Source: Lingula anatina
Lineage: Eukaryota; Animalia; Brachiopoda
Assembly (NCBI GenBank): GCA_051362555.1
Contig: CM120648.1
Span: 12,644,587-12,708,586 of the forward strand
Length of the DNA stretch: 64,000 bases
Reading direction: 5' to 3'
Position 1 is the first letter of the stretch. The number at the start of each line of letters is the position of its first letter. This document shows, piece by piece, positions 50,501 to 62,828 of this stretch. A program made the position numbers and the translations under genes. The notes under the pieces are model-generated. The model made no database searches and was not told the DNA's origin. It saw only the letters and a program-made list of their open reading frames with translations.

Positions 50501-53500
50501 ATTTTATTTGTATATAAGTGTTTTTTCCTGAAATTTAATTCTCAGGCATGTTAACAGTCTCATTTTTTAACTAATTAGATATTGTTACTGCGTACCATTC
50601 ACTAACTCAACAACAAATCTTTAAATTTCACCTTTATTTTTCAGGCACACATTGTAGCTATCTATATTGAATTCTGAGGTAAATTCTGGAGTGAATTCTA
50701 GGGCGAGTTCTGAAGTGAGTTCTGAGGTGTTTTCTGATGTGGTGAAACTAAATAAAAAATAAGTAAAATAGATAAATAATAATAATAATAATAAATAAAT
50801 AAATAAATATATTACATTAAGTGTACACACAAATGCAAATATAAAGAACGGAGAGAGAGAGAGAGAGAGAGAGATACAAACTCGCAAATATCGACAATAT
50901 GACTAAAACTATGAAATTAAATATATAGCTATAGTACTTACACAACATTCGGCAACTTAAAGATTGAGTACACAGTAACGTGGCGGCGAGGAAAGCAATT
51001 GTCTAGAAGGATAACGTACATGTCGACTAAATATATATATATTGATATAAAAAAGATGACTTTATACTAATATCACCTGACTTAATGAATAACTAATAGG
51101 TGACGACGGTTTACAAATCTTTTATATCAAAATAAATGAACAACTAAATATGTACATATCCAAAGTGTTCTACGTGTCTTACCTTATTACATTTAGAAGA
51201 AATAAAAAACCTGACCGCACCCAGAAGTGGTGTGTGCTCGCTTTTATAGTGAGCGTTGGCAAAAAGTACTCAAATATTCATGACCCTATTACAGCGACAT
51301 TGTAGCAGGTGTGATAACGTGATATACACGGTATTTGTCGATGTCGACAACAGATATTTTAAGTTGTTCTTTTAACATTTTCTGCATCTTAACAACATTG
51401 TTAGTTGATTATATAAAAATGATGGTAAACCTGATATTGTGTATTGTGTAATAAGTGTCAGAAATGGAAAAAAAAACTCATATCTTTACAGTTTGTCAGA
51501 TTCAACCATTCACTATGTTCAGAATCTCAGAATGGAGCAAGTTGGACAATTATAATTGTTCTGTTGATATTTTTGCTTTGACAACATATTTTTTGATTGA
51601 TCATATAAAAATGACAGTAAATTGATAATTTTGTTTTATGTAAAAAAGATGTTGAAAATGGAAAAAAACTCTTTCAATACAGTTTTCTCTTGTTTACATT
51701 TTGGGATTTTCAAAGTATGACTCTGAACTCAATGGGCTAGTCACATTTTCTGAATATCCATTACGGTTTAATATCCATTACGGTTATTAAGCTGTTAAGC
51801 ATTGTGTAATGTTGCATCAAAATTGAACAAAACCCTATTACGGGCACTGCCTCCGTAGTGGCGGTGAAAGGAAAACCATGTGACTTGCTCTTCTCACACT
51901 TACAGGAAAGAAACATACGATTGAAATACAGCTTTAGTTGAAAAATTGTCTCATTAGTTAATTGTTTGGAAGTAATACAGGTTTTTTTTGTGAAAATTTT
52001 TATCTTTCACAACTTGCAATTTTCAATGTGGAACTTATAGCTCCCTTGGGCATGAAGCCCAGTGGTTATCAAATTTTCTTAACGTCCATGTTTTTAATAG
52101 TAGATATTTTAAAATTGGTGGTATTTATACAGTTAAGCATTATGTAATATTGCATCAAAATTGACAAAAAACCTACTTTGTGCTCTGCAGCCATTAATAT
52201 TATGTAAAGTGTTACTTTCTATTTTTTTAACATGTCTTACAAGAATAATTCTTAGGATTGACATACAGCTCATGTTAGAAAACCAGCTCTATTGGATTAT
52301 CATTTTTATTAAATTTTTGCATTTTTTGTGAAATTTTCATTTTTCTCATTCTGGCACTTATTAACTGTAAACTTGAACTCAGATGGGCCTGAAGCCTTAT
52401 GCTTTTACTTTCATCAGTGTTACCTGTTGTGCATAATTATAATTTGATGTTGACTGTGCAGTAAAACATAATATATTATTGCATCAGAATTTTCTCCTGT
52501 TTTTGTGCATTATTGTTTTCTGCTTTTGTTAAGGTGTGACTTATGGGCCTGAAGACCTTTGACCTTGTGGTCAGTCTGTAAATTCCCCTTGGGTATTCAC
52601 TGGGCTAAGTTCAGTGCTATAAACTCATTTGCCTAATTAATTGACCATTAAATGAGATTTAATGAAGCACACTTGTTGATATTTCCCTGTAAACTCCCAA
52701 AGGTTAAGCTCTCTGCTAGATAACATAATGTCCATAATAAGGAAGCAGTGAATAGCAGCTTCATTGGAATTATATATTTTTGTTGTTTTCTTTTTAATTT
52801 TTTCTCCAACATTGGCATTTATAAGATATGACTTTTACCTGAGACTCTGCACATTTTCTGTATTTCCACATAAGCAGCTGTATTGGTATTTTTGTCTTTA
52901 AACACTATGTAATATTATTTTATGCACTGTCATCATTTTTCATATATTGGGACTTTCATCATGTGAATTTTAACTCTTATGGTCATGAAACTGTAATCTT
53001 ATTGAAGGAGTGGATTGAGACCATCTTCTGGGTCTCCTGGAAGACAGTCAGATTTTAAAGTTTATATCGATGGGTATCTATTTTTTTCTGTTGGAAGACC
53101 ATCAAAATGGAGGATAGATCAACAAAGATACTTTGGGATACTGTCAGAAAATATCTCTGGATCTGCTCCTGTTATTGACCATGTTACCTGTTGTGCATGA
53201 TTAAAAATCAGTGTTGACTGACTGTGCTATTATAAGCATAATTTATTATTGCATCAAAATTGACAAAATGACCTATTTTGCATCTTTCTTTTCTGTTTTT
53301 TTTTTTTTTTTTTTTTTTTTTTGTCTGTACATTTGACAGCTTTGCTGCCTTGTTCTTCTACCATCAGTCTGTTTTGCATGTATTTGCCCTGATGTTTAGA
53401 TTATTTTCCTTGGGCTACATGTAAATATTATCATATTTTAGCTAAGGGGCTGTGTATTTTTGTAATCATTTTCACAAGTCTAGACATTTTGTAGACTCCT

Positions 53501-53930
53501 TGCCACACCCCCCCCCCACCCACCCACCCACCCCCATCCCCCCGGCAACCACCACCACCACCGTTTCAAAGAGTTACAAGGTGAAAAGGTAAAAAAATGC
53601 TATAACCTTTGTCAACACACCCCTGGTGATGAAGATCATGATTTTAATTATTTTTCCAAATGCTTACAGAGGGAATTTCACCCCCCCCCCCCCCCACTCC
53701 AACCCCCAGTGTAAGGTTGTAGACTTTTGAAAGTTGTGATTAAAATGGATGACCCCTTAGTATTCAAATATTTCTGACTTTTGGAAGAATTAAGTTTATG
53801 GAGAGGAGTGATATTACCACTCCTGCGACAGTATCAGGTGTATTCAATAAAACTGGCTGTGTTGGCAGCAGATTGCTTTGTAATTATTTTTATATAGCCA
53901 TCTGTTCTATTGCTGTTTATGTGATTTTAG

Positions 53931-54110
53931 CTCCTGCAGGTTGTGAATTTCCCAGCACTCCTCCAAATGCTGCTGAAGTGCTGGGTGGGAATTTGGAAGG
54001 AGACGTTATAACTTACACCTGTCAAACTGGTTACACACTGATCTCTGGAGACCTGACAAGGACATGTCTAACTGGTGGAACATGGAGCGGTTCACCGCCT
54101 GTCTGTGACT
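53931..54110 (+). CDS. Exon: sushi/CCP domain, copy 1
   Basis: TTTTAG acceptor, GTAAGA donor, phase 1-1. CEFPSTPPNA...GDVITYTCQTGYTLISGDLTRTCLTGGTWSGSPPVC. Confidence 0.92.
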
Positions 54111-54705
54111 GTAAGAAAATGATTAAAAAACTAACTTCTACTTTTTTTCATGACACATGTATTTGCCCTGATGTTTAGATTATTTTCCTTGGGCTACATG
54201 TAAATATTATCATATTTTAGCTAAGGGGCTGTGTATTTTTGTAATCATTTTCACAAGTCTAGACATTTTGTAGACTCCTTGCCACACCCCCCCCACCCAC
54301 CCACCCACCCCCATCCCCCCGGCAACCACCACCACCACCGCTTCAAAGAGTTACAAGGTGAAAAGGTAAAAAAAATGCTATAACCTTTGTCAACACACCC
54401 CTGGTGATGAAGATCATGATTTTAATTATTTTTCCAAATGCTTACAGAGGGAATTTCACCCCCCCCCCCCACCCCAACCCCCAGTGTAAGGTTGTAGACT
54501 TTTGAAAGTTGTGATTAAAATGGATGACCCTTTAGTGTTCAAATATTTCTGACTTTTGGAAGAATTTAGTTTATGGAGAGGAGTGATATTACCACTCCTG
54601 CGACAGTATTAGGTGTATTCAATAAAACTGGCTGTGTTGGCAGCAGATTGCTTTGTAATTATTTTTATATAGCCATCTGTTCTATTGCTGTTTATGTGAT
54701 TTTAG

Positions 54706-54885
54706 CTCCTACAGGTTGTGAATTTCCCAGCACTCCTCCAAATACTGCTGCAGTGCTGGGTGGGAATTTGGAAGGAGACGTTATAACTTACACCTGTCAA
54801 ACAGGTTACACACTGATCTCTGGAGACCTGACAAGGACATGTCCAACTGGTGGAACATGGAGCGGTTCACCGCCTGTCTGTGACT
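54706..54885 (+). CDS. Exon: sushi/CCP domain, copy 2
   Basis: Same splice sites and phase as copy 1; open frame; 5 substitutions relative to copy 1. Confidence 0.9.
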
Positions 54886-55035
54886 GTAAGAAAATGATTA
54901 AAAAACTAACTTCTACTTTTTTTCATGACACTTTATGTTTGCCAATATTATGTCTAATTTTCAAGATTAATTATTTTAAATTAATATCCTTAGCTGATGG
55001 ATCATTTTTGAAGTATTATACATTTCTCCATCCAG

Positions 55036-55215
55036 TTGGAGGGAGCTGGCTGGCCTGGGGAGCCTGGAGCAGCTGCTCTGTGACCTGTGGTACAGGAACC
55101 TCCTTTAGAAATCGTCCTTGTCACGATCCAAATCTGCCCAGTGAACTGGCGCTTTGTGCAGGTGGAGCCACCAACTCTACCCAGACACTGTCCTGCTTTG
55201 AACAACACTGTCCAG
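55036..55215 (+). CDS. Exon: thrombospondin type 1 (TSP1) domain
   Basis: CCAG acceptor, GTAATT donor, phase 1-1. GGSWLAWGAWSSCSVTCGTGTSFRNRPC...CFEQHCP. Confidence 0.93.
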
Positions 55216-55410
55216 GTAATTGTAATCCACCCAGACACTGTCCTGCTTTGAACAATACTGTCCAGGTAATTATATTCCACCCAGACACTGTCCTGCTTTG
55301 AGCAATACTTTCCAGGTAATTATATTCCACCCAGACACTGTCCTGCTTTGACCAATACTGTCCAGGTAATACTCCACACAGACACTGTCCTACTTTGAAC
55401 AACACTGCCC
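55181..55410 (+). repeat. 50-bp minisatellite spanning the TSP1 exon end and donor
   Basis: CCAGACACTGTCCTGCTTTGA at 55181, 55231, 55281, 55331 and ~55379. Confidence 0.95.
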
Positions 55411-56271
55411 ATGTATTTAGGTATGTTGACTTATATTTGTACATATATTTTGTTTTACCTTTGATCACATAATTACAGTCTTCAGCACTTTGATATAAAA
55501 AGGATTACTTTTCTGCTTTTTCAAATCTTCTTTTTGTGTAGTTTTCATTTTAACAGACCATCATATGGGTTCTGAAATAAAAAGGGACCTCATTAAAAAT
55601 GACCATTTTGTACAAATTGGTTTTTATTTTATTTTTTTCAAAATTTTTTTATTTATTTTTTTTTGATAATTCAATAATTTTAATTTCTTTAAAAGGATAC
55701 TACATACCTGTAAATCCTGCATGAATTTGAAATCCTGGTATTATTTGAAAAACACTTTTCTGTACAAACTTGATGATAATATGTAATATACGTCTAAAAA
55801 TACAATTACATCCAGCACCTTAAAACTCTCATCAGTTATTTCTCTGCATTCATTCTCTCTGTTCTGTTTGCCGTGATATTTATTTTTTTCTTGGGCCATC
55901 TAGCATAACTTGCAGTAAATACTAGTATATTTTTAAATTTAGAATTCAGTGTATTTTGGCTTTTAGAGCAATTTAGTTGAAACAGAGGATCAATACTACA
56001 CCTTCTTCAGTTTTAAATACACATGTATAAGGTAAAACATCATGGATGTGTTACCAGCCAATTGTAGTATGGTGATTTGTATAGATTTGTATAGCCGAGG
56101 AGCGCGAGCGTCTAGCGCAGCGCAAGTGCTCACCGTGTGCGGGGTGCTTAAAAAAAGAGTAGCAGAGACAATTTGTTTAAATTATTTGTAAGGCCAAGAA
56201 AGGAGATTTCAGTTTGATCAACAGAGGGTGCCCCCCCCCCACCCCAACCAAAAAAAAAAGTAAATAAATAA

Positions 56272-56314
<43 letters not shown>

Positions 56315-56693
56315 TATAATTTCAATAAATTGATTAATGGAAAATAGTAAAGAAAACACTGATGATTAGGACTTTTGATATCAATTGTGCATTTTTAAAA
56401 GAAGTAAGTGCTCAAATGAACGTGTAACGTACATAAATTAGACAAAACACTTAATAAGAGACTAGACATAAAGGTATCAGAATCTCCTCCGAGCACAGCC
56501 GAGCATTAATTACAGCTTTGGAAGTAACTCCCTCGTGCTGCCAGTAATTACGCCGTGGGCATTCAGGGCACAGACCGTGATCACAAGAAACCGCCAATAG
56601 ATTTTTAGAAAATAGATTCTTCACGTGAACGAACCCTTCTAGTGATTTGAACTATAAGATCACTTTCAAGTCTTTTCACAATCAATATCTGCT

Positions 56694-56736
<43 letters not shown>

Positions 56737-57257
56737 TGAGTTACTGGGGGGGATGCCACTACACACACTTGAAAATAAGCACAGAACACATAAGCCATAA
56801 CCTATAAGCATATATACTGAAGCATCTAAAATATTTTCATCATAAGAATCTCTCAAATTATTTTTTTTAATGTAAAAACTTGATATAGGCATTTTACATG
56901 ATAGCATTTTCTATACCATGAAGCTGGCAAAAAGTAATAGCTGGATCAATCCAATTCTGGGGAAGATTCTCCCTCAGTGCAAGAACTTTGAATGGCTTAA
57001 ATGTCTGACATGCCTCTTGCATTGAGCTGCTTGGGGGAAATTCACTGAACTCCAGCCACTCAAGGAGACATGCTAAACTATCAAGCTGAGTACAGTGAAT
57101 GCATTTCAGCAAGAATCTACCAAAGAGTTGAGTAAAAAACAAGTTCTGGAATACCATGTCAATTTCAAAGCAGCCCAAATCTGTTGCAAGCATAAAGGCT
57201 AAATTAAGACTTTCAAAGATCATCTTATAGCAATAAAGCATATAGAAATACAGATTC

Positions 57258-57295
<38 letters not shown>

Positions 57296-57478
57296 CGAGC
57301 TGCATTTCTATAGTTAAAGGACAATAATCATATAAAAATCTATTTCTCGAATTCTGAAGATCCAGCACTTAATCTATACACTACAGTTATGTTTTAATCG
57401 ATCCCCGTAATTTAAAAATTATAAAAACAATCTATTAGTAGACAAAAAGCGTTTTAGTAAACCTCACCTCAATATGCA

Positions 57479-57510
57479 CAAGAAGTTATATATCTCATTA
57501 TAACTTCTTG
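57479..57510. mobile_element. 32-bp P-like remnant with 7-bp TSD (probable excision footprint)
   Basis: ATATGCA|CAAGAAGTTATA-TATCTCAT-TATAACTTCTTG|ATATGCA. The paralogous copies have a single ATATGCA. Confidence 0.85.
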
Positions 57511-58904
57511 ATATGCATAAACGTAGCAACAGGTCTGGGTCACGTGGTACTGTGACGACAATCACGATAAAGGTCTATGAGACTCAACTGAGCTGCATGG
57601 TGCATACAGACGGAGAAGTTAAAGGAAAGTTGTGTTGAACGGAATTGAGGAATTTTCGTTATGCCTCGGTGTGTTGCCGTGGGATTGACCAAAATTGCAG
57701 CTCTCTTTGACAATCTTTCTTTGTCTGTGAGGGTCTTCCGTGACTTACTAACTTCGGTGACAATAGTTGCGATGCTCTAGATCATGGTCACCTCAGGTGG
57801 TTTACAATGTAGATCATATCAAGAGGTGGTAGTCTTTCAGATTAACTGTCATCAGTTGGCAAACTTACTGATTGCTGATGCATTTTAAATGCATTGTAGT
57901 TGACCAAAAGCTCGTTTACAACAAACCTGTTAATTATGCACCGCTGCACTTCCCAACCCAGGTAATAACAGGTATCGAAATCGTCTTGTGGGCTTTCATA
58001 TTTTTCAAAATATCTCTTTTATTTCACGGGGTGATTTTATTGGTATTTGTTAATGACGTTTAATATCAATATTTAAACAATTGAGTTCAAACACTGCCGC
58101 GAACATTAATAAAAGTAATTGCTCTCAGGGTAACTTGAAGCATGCGTATGCCCAGGCATTACTTCCGTGGAAGAAAACGTGTTGAAGAACAAACAGAAAA
58201 AAAGAGCGGTATATTAAAGAAAAAATAGGAACTTATGTACTAAAATGGTTCGTAAACCTAATTCGTTTATGCTTTGAAGATTTGTTTCTGAATGTTATTT
58301 CATCTGAAGTATAAAATAATTTAAAAGATTTATCATTTTATACCTTGAAATACAAGTTCTGCGTCTGTACACAAAACTTTTTGCAAATTTGTATGCTTTG
58401 TCAAACCCAAAAACATGTAGCAGATCAAGGTAAAAGAGCATTGTTTGCTATAAGTAGCATGGGAAAAATCATTACTTGAATGTTTACTAATTGTGCAGTT
58501 TTACATGCGTGAGTATAAAAAATAAAAAAATTCCAAGCACGCACAGCAAAATGTAGACTAACGCAAAACATCAAGAACAGCGTAATCTCAGCAAATGTGC
58601 CCCAAATAGTAGCTTAATTTCCATTAATAATAAAATCATCATTTAAGTCAAAAATTTTCTGTCGATTTAATAAATGTTCTAATTTATCCAGAACGGTATA
58701 TTTATTTAAGAGGAGGCTAACTGAAATATAGTTTTATTATTTGTTTATTTTGTTTTTGAAAATTGCCCATGTCACCCTGTTAATTAGAAGGTCTAAGCTG
58801 GATCAAGTCCGTGCTAAAATTCCTATGAAGCTGTGCAGGAAAAATTCTTCCTTTATTTCTCTAGCTCCTCAATAAGCCCGGTGTTCAGATTTTATCTAGT
58901 ACCC

Positions 58905-58948
58905 TGAAATAGTTTATTCTCATTTACTGTACATTTACAGTTTAGAGA

Positions 58949-58986
<38 letters not shown>

Positions 58987-59208
58987 ACCTGAAGGCTTGA
59001 CCCCCTTATTCACAATACTAATGAATTTGTACAAATTATTCAGTTTTTTCTTATTTTTCGTTGAAAATATTTCATACATTTTAATTACATTCGGTCTAAT
59101 ACATGCTTTTTTTGGAATACATAAGTTTCGACTTTCTGCAAAAAAGGTACATCTAAAGACATAATGAAATTCATCCCCTATTTCATTTTTACACAAGTTG
59201 CATAATCT
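58905..59208 (-). mobile_element. Short LINE 3' fragment (CCHC region)
   Basis: LCNLCKNEIGDEFHYVFRC; absent from paralogous copies 1 and 2 of the host element. Confidence 0.85.
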
Positions 59209-59954
59209 CAGGTCTGCGGGAGCTGCTCTTTGAAACTAAAGCACAGGTAGATTTTTACCTGAGATAAATATCGCCAGCCATTTAACCCTCTAATTAAGAG
59301 GTAAAGGAAGTTCCAGTTAGATGGATGATTAAGATGGGACTTGTAAAGGTAACGGGCATCGTTTACCTCAGTTTAAGAAAAGTATCCAAGACAGAGTGTC
59401 AGCGGTTTAATAAAATTAATTGAATTTCACAAATAACATGGCCCTCATATGCAATAATCCACAGTACCCTTTACTCATTCAAATGCAGTGTTTTATACAA
59501 CTTGGGATAACCATAATTAAATGCTCGTTAAAGAATTGACTAGACGGGAATGGTTTTACACAGCTTCATGAGGATTTAGATCCCTCGGGTAAGAGATTTG
59601 AATGAGTATTAACTTTTATCAGAAGCCAGAGAAGTCATCTTACAGGTAGACAATGCAGCTCAGTTTGACAGCTAAGCACGCTCTGTTCTCCAGTGGCTCG
59701 ATTGTCGTCATCGGACCACGTGACCACGTAGCTCATTAACTCCCAGGCCGAGCAAATAGTACGTTTTTTTAAAGCCAAAAATTTACAAAATGAGCTTTTA
59801 ATTTGTGTATTTGGATAAAGATATCGTTAGTTGGGCATGTTTTCTGAAGAATATGTTCCGTTGAGGCCATTCTGACGGTATGAAGCAAATCCTTTAGCTT
59901 TCCCTAAATAGTTAATTGACTCACCTTTTAATTTTAATTTCTCTTCAATAAAAC

Positions 59955-60006
<52 letters not shown>

Positions 60007-60028
60007 CATAAACGTAAATTATTATACT

Positions 60029-61296
60029 GGCAATAAACATACTATAATAATAAATTAGAATTACATATTGGGTCGGTATTTAAAATAATTTGAACAACAT
60101 TTTTTAAAACGAAAACGGTGTATCTACTTCAACTTTCCCAGTGCTGGGTCCTGTCTTTTTCTGGAAAGCTAATTGATTTTGCGGGCACCACTGGTTTCGG
60201 TAAAAGGAAACGATGCTGCATCTTGTGACTTCAGAGGTTCTGTGCGTGCAAACGAAATTGACTTCAGAGCTACAGGTGACCTTTGCACATCGGTTGGAAG
60301 AGAAGGTTTAGTTCTTGGGTTTTCTAGGATCTTTTGTCCAACAACACGCCACATGTTCTCTGTTTCTTCTTCACTCTTTAGTGCCAGGTCAACCTTTTTC
60401 TTACATTTCAGGCACACTGTATGTGAGGGGCAATTATCCCCAGTCAATTCATATTTAAACAATTTAGAGAGTCCGTCAATATATAGCTTACTTTTCCCCT
60501 GGTCTTCTTCTGATTTACCGCATAACTATAAATAGTGACGGGAATAAACCGATATTTGTTGACTGCAAAGTAAACACTCCTTCCCTATTACCTTCTTCGT
60601 CGGTGTAGTGGCTACTTCATGTCGTATTTAACTAACAACTGGAATTTTTGACGGGCTGCAGATAGGCTCTGCCATCCCGGTTGCCGACGTCATCTTCACT
60701 AGCACGTGGGTTTGTTTATATTCGCAGCACAAAATATCTCCATTATCTTTGATTGGTCTGGATTCGAACAAAGCGCTTTGACTCGTTCGCGTTCATTGGC
60801 AAAGAGTCATTGAGGGCGGGCTTAAAATTTGAGCAGTGCGGGCAATTGAATGTGGTCAGAGGTAATGTGACACGATGAAGATAGGCTATAGTGAAGAGGT
60901 TAGTGTCAAGTTATCTCCGAAGCTCAGGGTGCAGTTGATGGACTCTCTGTAGACTTAGGATGATATCCCTGTTTATTATTTTTCACTTTAGATTGTGTAT
61001 CCTCCTCTCCCTGCCCCAGTGGATGGATATATAATGTCATAGGGAGATGTTATAATGTGTCCAGTAGGCAAGATAATCGACTTGATGCATACATGAGTTG
61101 CAGGGATATGGATGCACTCCTAGCCATGCCAAAGACTGAAGACTTACAGGCAGCACTGGAAGCTGTAGTAACGTACGTATGTTCATTAAATGAAGGGGAC
61201 AGAACGTAAGATTATTATTTTTTTAATAAGTGCTTATACCACTTCTTGTTGAACTATATAATGACAAGCGATCTTACTTCTATTTTGTTTCTATAC
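60029..61296 (+). repeat. Segmental duplication copy B (ZAD-like pseudogene plus CTLD N-half exon)
   Basis: Direct paralog of 15907-17180. Confidence 0.93.
60992..61172 (+). CDS. Exon: C-type lectin-like domain, N-terminal half (module B); absent from the ORF track
   Basis: TTTAG acceptor, GTACGT donor, phase 1 to 2. DCVSSSPCPSGWIYNVIGRCYNVSSRQDNRLDAYMSCRDMDALLAMPKTEDLQAALEAVVT. Confidence 0.88.
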
Positions 61297-62163
61297 ACTT
61301 ACGCATCTCTTTTCTTCACTTTCATTTTCGTCGATCAAGCATGGCATGTGTGACCAGAGAGCGGCACAAAACTCAATGAATATTATGGCTGATAAGGTAG
61401 AAAGTAGACCAAATAATAAAAAATTCCGCATGGCCACAAAACCTTCCAATGGGAAGTCAAAAGTAAAGCATCACTTATTATAACACAGAATTGAAAATTG
61501 ACCCTGAGTAACGTTATTGTGGGAAATGAAAATGGCGCATCCACGATTGCGGATAATGCCAGTGAAGCTTAGAATTCAGATCATATGGTCGATATGGCAG
61601 ACGTTGCCCATGATGAAGATGATAATAATAAAACAATTTAGAGGAAGAATTTCTTCCCGAAAAAAGATCTATTTATTTTTTATTTTTTATTTATACTATC
61701 TATTTTTAAAATTTGATGGAGTTATTTTATTTATTTATTATTTTTTTTTTGTAGTTTCTATGAATTTCACAAACGCCGATCAGTCTGTGGCCCATACCAG
61801 TAAACTCTCCCGATCTTGTCGGGGGTCTCCCTAATTTGGGGACATATCTATTGATCTCCCAATTCACACTAAAAATCTTTATATCACACTCTTCTCTATC
61901 ACACTTGTATTTTCATTAGGAGGCTCAGTGATTTTATCCACGGAAATGCGCTGTAACATAATTGCTTTCTCAGTTTAGTTATGGGGGTATAGATAGCAGT
62001 AAACAATAAAAAGAAAATTGCCAATGACAAAGCTGCACCTGGTCGTTGTGTGAGAAACATCTTAAACGCTGTACAGGTATGTTGTTTTCATGGAGACGAA
62101 GCTGGTTCCAAAAGAAACCTTAACAGTGGTAATTAAATAAAACCACAGCTGGGTAAGCATTCA

Positions 62164-62828
62164 GAGCCCGGTTTCATCAAGGCTGGATAGGCTATCCCAT
62201 GGATAACACTATCCAAGGTATAAATTTCTTATCCTCTGTATAGTTATCCTCTGTATAAATTTGTTTCACAAAGGCTGGATAAAAAGCATGATAGTAATCC
62301 AGTGGATAAAGAAATTATCCAGTTCCATATTTGGAAAAAGACATTTCCATAATGCAGTTGGTTGCTATAAACATTATAAAAGCCATATGACGATTGCTAA
62401 CAAAAAAGTGATCTATACTATATTTGAAAAATAAATTACCCATAATAAACATTATAAGTTTATTTCAAGATAGTACCCTCATTTAAATAATGGGAATAAT
62501 ATCTACAGGATATTTTAGTGTCAGTGTCAAAAACAGACCACATTGCATTAGTTGTGCCTCATGCAATGTTTACAATTTGCAGTTGAAGGGCAATTCTATA
62601 CCTGTGAAATCTCATAGGATTTACTCATAAAGGAAGGTTTGCCATTTTTGATGATTTGACAGCATGATAGGAGACTTAGCCCACCTATTTTGAGCGGACA
62701 AGTTTATCCTCTGGATAACACTATCCACTGTTGATGAAACACATTGTCCTCTGGATAGCTCTATCCAGAGTGTAGCAGCCATTTTTATCCATAGGATAGT
62801 GCTATTCAGCCTTGATAAAACCGGGCCC
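62164..62828. mobile_element. PIF/Harbinger-like MITE
   Basis: TIRs GAGCCCGGTTTCATCAAGGCTGGATAG / CTATTCAGCCTTGATAAAACCGGGCCC; internal TATCC / GGATA repeats; flanks TCA/TGA (imperfect TSD). Confidence 0.75.

Larger units (their letters stand above)
53377..54931 (+). repeat. Recent tandem duplication (~777 bp x2) containing the CCP exon
   Basis: Units 53377-54155 and 54156-54931 are nearly identical. Confidence 0.95.
57318..59893 (+). mobile_element. TTAA-flanked non-autonomous DNA element, copy 3, with two small insertions
   Basis: TTAA|AGGACAAT ... AAATCCT|TTAG; closest to copy 2. Confidence 0.88.

Noticed and set aside
53798-55301. 126-aa and 242-aa single-exon ORFs
   Set aside because: They read through introns; the domains are bounded by clear splice sites.
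61066-61119. Diversity-generating retroelement (variable lectin plus nearby RTs)
   Set aside because: Differences are not adenine-specific: of 20, 9 have A in copy B, 3 have A in copy A and 8 involve no A. Both copies are spliced exons, and the RTs are LINE and DIRS types.
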